A stretch of 64,000 nucleotides of DNA from Epiperipatus broadwayi (Eukaryota > Animalia > Onychophora): the NCBI GenBank assembly GCA_028023455.1, contig JAQFVV010000009.1:3534001-3598000 (forward strand), in the 5' to 3' direction. Positions 61,961-64,000 of the stretch are shown here, one piece after another. The first letter of the stretch is position 1; each line of letters begins with the position of its first letter. A program made the position numbers and the translations under genes. The notes under the pieces were generated by a model, which saw only the letters and a list, made by a program, of their open reading frames with translations, was not told where the DNA came from and ran no database searches.

Positions 61961-64000
61961 CTAAACACACCAAGGTTAATTCCAAGTTTTCACAAAACTA
62001 CTATATTCTCAATGACATTACAGATTTGGATTTAAATATACAGCAGCTCCATTCCCCCCTACCATTGGCTGGACATCAGAAACACTGACAAATATTAATT
62101 TTTCAAAACTATCTCCTGGGGTCTTTATAAAACATTCCAGTCTCTAGTGCTATCAGTCACTGATAGAAATGTATCTCCCTACAAGTTCCTTCAGCAACTT
62201 CTCTATAACACCATTATAATGCATTGGATGAGGGATTCAATCAGTCAGATGATTGTTCATAAAAATCCTAGATACTTAGCAATTGAATTTTTCCAGGTTA
62301 TCCAAAGGGAGTGCTTCTAAAGTCAAATCAAGATACTTGGAAACTATGCAATGATAATAGTCAATCCAAATCAGAATGACTGCACAATTGAGGTGTTAAA
62401 GAATACTTTACAGATAAACCCCACAAGATTTCCAATGGTTGATGCAGCTCTTTGGCAAATCCCCTTTTTAATGAATTCTTTTCAAAGATACCCTATACCT
62501 ATTCCAGCCAACAGTTATTAATTCAAATTCAACTGCATCTAGAGATTGACCTGAATACAATCCCTGTCAATGCTAACAAAAGCAAATAGTACATTTATTT
62601 ATTGGTTGTATTTATATTCCTTTTCAAATAACCATTCTCAAAATAAAAAATATTATCAATAGTTGACTTGCTTATTTCATTTCTATTACATATTGAAAAA
62701 ATTGAAAGGAAAAAGAGAATTGGAGATTTTAATCTGGTTTTTTAAAAAGTGTTATTTTATGATTATCATTTTGGTGCTTAAATCACATTTGATCTCTTGA
62801 ACAACTGATCGTACAATAAACAAATAACAAACTTCAGCAAAATATCACAAATACATCTGATGTTAGCAATCCCTCTTAAATTAATTTTCCAATTAAATCA
62901 TGCCTTCCAATCTTTTCAGACATTTTTATGATAAAATCAAAATATGAATTTTAATTGTGAAGTTTTATTAGTAATAAAGATTTAATGCCTATTACATAAT
63001 GAATTTAAAACTTTTTTCTGCTTCTTCTTTTGTAAATGTTTCTTTTACTAAAAACTGCAAAATTGTCTATGGAAGTAATCAAAATAGCATGTTTAACTAT
63101 AATAAATGTAAAAGAAAGTTGCAAGATATTCTTCAAAACATATCTTGAAGCTAAAACTATGTTTAAGAATTTTGGCTGTGTACAAAAGTTGATTTTAACA
63201 GATGAGCATTTTTTTCATCTCTTCTCCAATCTCTATCATAGCTTCTATTAATAACAATTCTACTAATATGCAACTGTAAATAATAAAGCATTAATTTCTC
63301 TATATGAGCTTTAAAATAATATGTATAATATTTTATAATTTTTTATCAAAATTGCAAATATTATCCAAATCAATCTAAATTATAAAAAATAATTCAAAAT
63401 TTCGATTATTTAGTTAGTATAATTTATATTGGTGATTCAAATAATAAATACAAATTTTAGCAAGAAATTGGAGGAATATTAATTTGGTTATATTGGATTA
63501 AGTTACGTGAGTATTATTTGATAAAGATACTATTTATCAAAGATAAACCCCTATTAATCCAAACACTCTAAACAAATACAAAATGACATATTGATTTGAC
63601 TTATTGTTTTAATTATTGCTATATAAAAAGTTTACATTGATATAAAGATATAATAAGATAAAATTATACAATGGACAAAAAGTGGTTTCAATATATATAT
63701 AAACTATGATGTAGAAAATAAGGGTTATTTAAATTTTCAATAGGTTTTCGTTTATAGTGAATGGAAAAAAGGTTTTTATGGAAATCCAAAAATTTCACAA
63801 ATTCAGAAAAAAACCTTGAAAATATAAATTTCAGGTTAATGACAGTCTGATCCATATAAATTATTAATTTATATTTTTGTAATCTTTAAAAAATGTATAC
63901 TTTTATGATTTTATTATTATTTGCATTCAATGCAATATTTTCAGATAATCAACCCTAATTGGTTGTGCTTGCTGCTGTATTATTCTGAATACAGAATGAT

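Noticed and set aside
62750-63260. ORF 63036..63251 or hAT-like transposase relic
   Set aside because: No diagnostic motif on either strand and no convincing splice context.
1-64000. CRISPR array, rRNA or prokaryotic operon
   Set aside because: No regularly spaced repeats with unique spacers, rRNA-like sequence or dense ORFs. The window is eukaryotic repeat-rich DNA.

Overview
Very AT-rich (roughly 25% GC by eye), strongly CpG-depleted animal genomic DNA, probably invertebrate, dominated by transposon relics. I could not name any host gene. Three CpG-retaining promoter-like islands (about 3.4-4.1, 35.2-35.7 and 44.4-46.2 kb) and several exon-like units with good splice sites suggest unidentified intron-rich genes. 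The clearest coding feature is a young Penelope-like retroelement (PLE) on the minus strand (55.5-58.9 kb) with RT, a C-terminal GIY-YIG endonuclease and a 3' hammerhead ribozyme (HHR). There are also older PLE, RTE-clade LINE and hAT MITE relics. The most interesting signal is non-coding. Minimal type I hammerhead cores occur in several ORF-less architectures: two fold-back elements with one outward-facing HHR per arm (240-1148 and 10417-10917), a solo copy of one of these (4.3 kb), and three copies of a tRNA-headed SINE whose 3' part is an HHR. A second family of roughly 100-bp retroposed tRNA-like elements shares a self-pairing GTCAA leader and TGACATATG-poly(A) trailer but encloses two different tRNA-like bodies. 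All structural calls were made by eye and need computational confirmation.
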